Shown: piece after piece, positions 60,938 to 64,000 of the stretch
Layout of the letters: each line of letters begins with the position of its first letter
Numbering within the stretch: position 1 is the stretch's first letter
Assembly (NCBI GenBank): GCA_934167885.1
Contig: CAKPMB010000002.1
Location: 9,307-73,306, forward strand
Length of the DNA stretch: 64,000 nt
Direction of reading: 5' to 3'
Origin: an uncultured Bacilli bacterium
GTDB taxonomy: Bacteria; Bacillota_I; Bacilli_A; RF39; UBA660
Program-made: the position numbers and the translations under genes
Notes under the pieces: model-generated
The model's database searches: none
What the model was told of the DNA's origin: nothing
What the model saw: the letters and a program-made list of their open reading frames with translations, nothing else

Positions 60938-63810
60938 TAAAACCTCTCCACTTTCGATACAATTATTTGAAAACCATTTCTTTTTTCAACCTTACCACCT
61001 AGTTTTAAAATACTGCCTTTTTCAATCATTCCATATTTTCGATATGTCTCTGGAAATAATACAAAATCCAAGTTTTCTTCTTCATCACTAGCCTTAACAA
61101 AAAGCATCGCATCACCATTTTTAGTTTTTATTTCCTTTACGGAATCAACTAAAACAATAGTTTCTACATATTTATTAAAATATTTAGATACATCACATAA
61201 ATTAATACAATTATCATTTTTTAACTTATATTCCATAACTGGATGATTAGTTAGATACATACCAAACAATTCTTTTTCATTCTCAATAAGCGTCATCTTA
61301 TCATACTCATCATAAAACGTTATCTCAGGCTTTAAGACAAATTCACTACCTAAATCTTTAGTTAAATTACCATAATTAATTAATGTTTCAAGATTATTTA
61401 TAAGTGTTTGATGATTATAATTAAAACATTTTAAACTATCACTATTTATTAATACTTCGTATATATTTTTAGGAAAATTAGCCTTAACCATTTTACTAAA
61501 GAAATCATATATATCACTAAAACCATCTTCTCTTATTTCAACTATTTTCGTTGCAATAGTTTTAGATATACCTTTTATCTTAGTAAATGGTAAAATTATA
61601 TTATTATAATAAATTTTATAATCACTATAGCTTTTATTGATATCTGGTTTTAAAACCTTTATATTCATTCGTTTTAACTCTTTCAAATATTCATTTGTTT
61701 TCACATTATCTAATGTTCCATTATTTAAAATAGCTAGATAAAAATATAATGGATAATTTGTTTTTAAATAAGCCATTTTATAGGCAATCATTGTATAAGC
61801 AATACTATGACTTTTATTAAAGCCATAACTAGCGAAGGATAGAATTAAATCAAAGACTTTAATGGCTACTTCGCGTGAATATTGATTATTAATCGCTCCT
61901 TCAATAAATTTGTCTTTTTCTTTAACTAAAAGCTCTAATTTTTTCTTACTCATTGCTCGTCTTAAAATATCAGCCTCACCTAAAGTATAAGAAGCCATTT
62001 TATTAGCAATTTGCATTATTTGTTCTTGATATACAATAATTCCATATGTATCACTCAAAATATCTTTTAATGATTCATCATAATAATCAACTGGAAGCAC
62101 TCCTTGTTTGCGCTTTATATATAAAGGAATATTAGCGGACGGACCCGGTCTATACAAGGCATTAGCATTCGCCAAGTCCATAAAACTATCAGGGTGCATT
62201 TCCTTTAAAAACGTGCGCATGCCCATACTTTCAAATTGAAAGATACCTTGTGTCTCACCATTTTGAAAAAGTTCAAAAGTCTTGGCATCATTTAATGGAA
62301 TGTCGCTAAATTTAAGATTTATGGATAATTTACTATTAATATTTTTAATTATATCATCAATAATAGTTAAATTACGCAAGCCTAAAAAGTCCATTTTAAG
62401 TAAGCCCAAATCTTCCAAATATGATGCCTCATACGCACTTAAATACATACCGTCATTAAAGACTAACGGCACATAATTATCTAAATCATCATTTGATAAC
62501 AAAATACCAGCTGCATGGATAGAAGTATGTCTTTTCATACCCTCAATAGAACTTGCAATCTCATACATTGACTTTAATTTATTATTACTATCAATTAATC
62601 CTTTTAACTTGATATTATTTTTTAAACTATCTTTAAGGGTTGATTCATCTTTGCCTAACATCTTGCATATTTCATCAACCATAACTAAAGGAACATTTAA
62701 AACACGTCCAATATCTCTTATAGCCATCTTACTACCAAAAGTTCCGAAAGTTGTAATTCCTGAAACTCTTTTCAAGCCATATTTAGAAACAACATAATCA
62801 ATGACATCATCCCGCTTATTATCTGGAAAATCAGTATCAATATCAGGCATGGTAATTCTTTCAATATTTAAAAAACGTTCAAATAAAAGATTATACCTTA
62901 TTGGATCAATTTCGGTTATTCCTAGTGAATAACTAACCAAACAGCCACAGGCACTACCACGTCCCGGTCCAACTAAAATATCATTAGTTTTGGCATACTT
63001 TATAAAATCATATACAATCAAAAAATAGTTGGCAAAACCCATTTTATTTATAATATCAAGCTCATACAATAAACGATTTTTATACGTGCTATTAACATTA
63101 TTACCAAGTCTTCTTGTAAGGCCTAAAACACTAAGATTATATAAATATTCTTCACTACTTAATCCTTTAGTATCATTAAAACTATTATAATTTGGCAAAT
63201 TTAGATGATAATCAACAAGTTTAAATGAACATTTATGAACCATTTCCATTAAATTATCAAGATATTGTTCATCATCATACAAGCAATCTTCATTAAATGT
63301 GTAATCATCACTTACCGTTTTATTATCGCGTAGTAAATTCAAACATTTTAGGATATGTAATTTGTTTTTATCAAATGCTAAAACTTCTTTGGTAAACACT
63401 TTCTTACCATCACAATTTAAGCGATAATCAATATAATAGTCATCATATATATCCTTATACTTGAAAAGAGCATCATCCGTCATAAAAATAGCAATCAAGT
63501 TATCTTTATAGTTTAAATAATCATCAAAAGTTAAAGCATTCGTCGTGCTAATCGTGCTTAATTTTAACAAATTTTGATACCCCTCATAGTTTTTAGCAAA
63601 CAATAAAAGATCACCAAAATCAACACCTATAATGGGCATAATATTGTTTAATTGACATTTACGGATAAATTCCATTGTGCCATACATATTTTTATCACAA
63701 ATAAATAGATAATCAATTTTATTAGTAACAGCATAATTAATTAAATCATCCACTTCAATAACACTACTTAAAAAAGTATAGGTAGTTTTCACATTTATAG
63801 GTGCATGCAT
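60937..63810 (-). CDS. dnaE: DNA polymerase III alpha subunit, DnaE type
   Basis: N-terminal PHP-like region followed by GPGRGSACGCLVSYSLGITEIDPIRYNLLFERFLNIERITMPDIDTDF polymerase signature; 957 aa. Confidence 0.9.
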   Translation of the reverse strand: MHAPINVKTTYTFLSSVIEVDDLINYAVTNKIDYLFICDKNMYGTMEFIRKCQLNNIMPIIGVDFGDLLLFAKNYEGYQNLLKLSTISTTNALTFDDYLNYKDNLIAIFMTDDALFKYKDIYDDYYIDYRLNCDGKKVFTKEVLAFDKNKLHILKCLNLLRDNKTVSDDYTFNEDCLYDDEQYLDNLMEMVHKCSFKLVDYHLNLPNYNSFNDTKGLSSEEYLYNLSVLGLTRRLGNNVNSTYKNRLLYELDIINKMGFANYFLIVYDFIKYAKTNDILVGPGRGSACGCLVSYSLGITEIDPIRYNLLFERFLNIERITMPDIDTDFPDNKRDDVIDYVVSKYGLKRVSGITTFGTFGSKMAIRDIGRVLNVPLVMVDEICKMLGKDESTLKDSLKNNIKLKGLIDSNNKLKSMYEIASSIEGMKRHTSIHAAGILLSNDDLDNYVPLVFNDGMYLSAYEASYLEDLGLLKMDFLGLRNLTIIDDIIKNINSKLSINLKFSDIPLNDAKTFELFQNGETQGIFQFESMGMRTFLKEMHPDSFMDLANANALYRPGPSANIPLYIKRKQGVLPVDYYDESLKDILSDTYGIIVYQEQIMQIANKMASYTLGEADILRRAMSKKKLELLVKEKDKFIEGAINNQYSREVAIKVFDLILSFASYGFNKSHSIAYTMIAYKMAYLKTNYPLYFYLAILNNGTLDNVKTNEYLKELKRMNIKVLKPDINKSYSDYKIYYNNIILPFTKIKGISKTIATKIVEIREDGFSDIYDFFSKMVKANFPKNIYEVLINSDSLKCFNYNHQTLINNLETLINYGNLTKDLGSEFVLKPEITFYDEYDKMTLIENEKELFGMYLTNHPVMEYKLKNDNCINLCDVSKYFNKYVETIVLVDSVKEIKTKNGDAMLFVKASDEEENLDFVLFPETYRKYGMIEKGSILKLGGKVEKRNGFQIIVSKVERF

Positions 63811-64000
63811 ATTAACCCTCCTATATTTATTTTACCACATTTTTTGATTAAATCATTATATTATACAAAAAAGTCCATTGTTTTAAAATGGAACTTCCTT
63901 ATCTATTTCAGTGGAAAATTTATTTTTAATTCATATGGTTCATTAAATGTCCCCAAGCCATTAATAATCGATACATCACTTCTTAAATAAACTGAAGGAC

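Overview
Very AT-rich window (by eye roughly 25-30% GC) using the standard genetic code: long ORFs are intact only if TGA is a stop, and Trp is encoded by TGG. Gene content points to a low-GC, spore-forming Firmicute chromosome (sigG, spoIIP, pyruvate:ferredoxin oxidoreductase, fhs, folD, pcrA-ligA, mutL, relA, dnaE, pyk). Almost all genes are on the minus strand. Most of the window is core housekeeping: replication and repair (dnaE, pcrA, ligA, mutL), nucleotide and translation factors (tdk, gmk, miaA, dtd, relA), cell wall (murC-like ligase, PBP2, FtsW/RodA, an L,D-transpeptidase, a 3D-domain protein) and C1/pyruvate metabolism (fhs, folD, PFOR, pyk). Five tRNAs are present as singletons or a pair: His, Leu(UAG), a CAU tRNA that looks like lysidine-type Ile2, Met, and Glu with a CUC anticodon. 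The clear accessory region is about 50.3-59.5 kb. It holds a tightly coupled minus-strand operon encoding a three-domain glycosyltransferase (degenerate P-loop + GT2 + unknown C-terminal domain), an aminoglycoside-phosphotransferase (APH)-fold kinase, and a radical-SAM enzyme with an N-terminal Rossmann-like extension and a C-terminal Cys cluster, followed by a separately promoted NUDIX hydrolase. This operon sits next to a decayed tyrosine-integrase gene and a truncated transposase fragment, and next to a large tail-anchored protein whose N-terminus resembles an LXG (type VII secretion) domain, preceded by a small helical partner gene. Other noteworthy features are a MazG-like gene with an in-frame TAA, an exactly duplicated 44-nt palindromic terminator element, and a hairpin that sequesters the sigG ribosome-binding site. 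All calls rest on motif recognition by eye; no database searches were possible.
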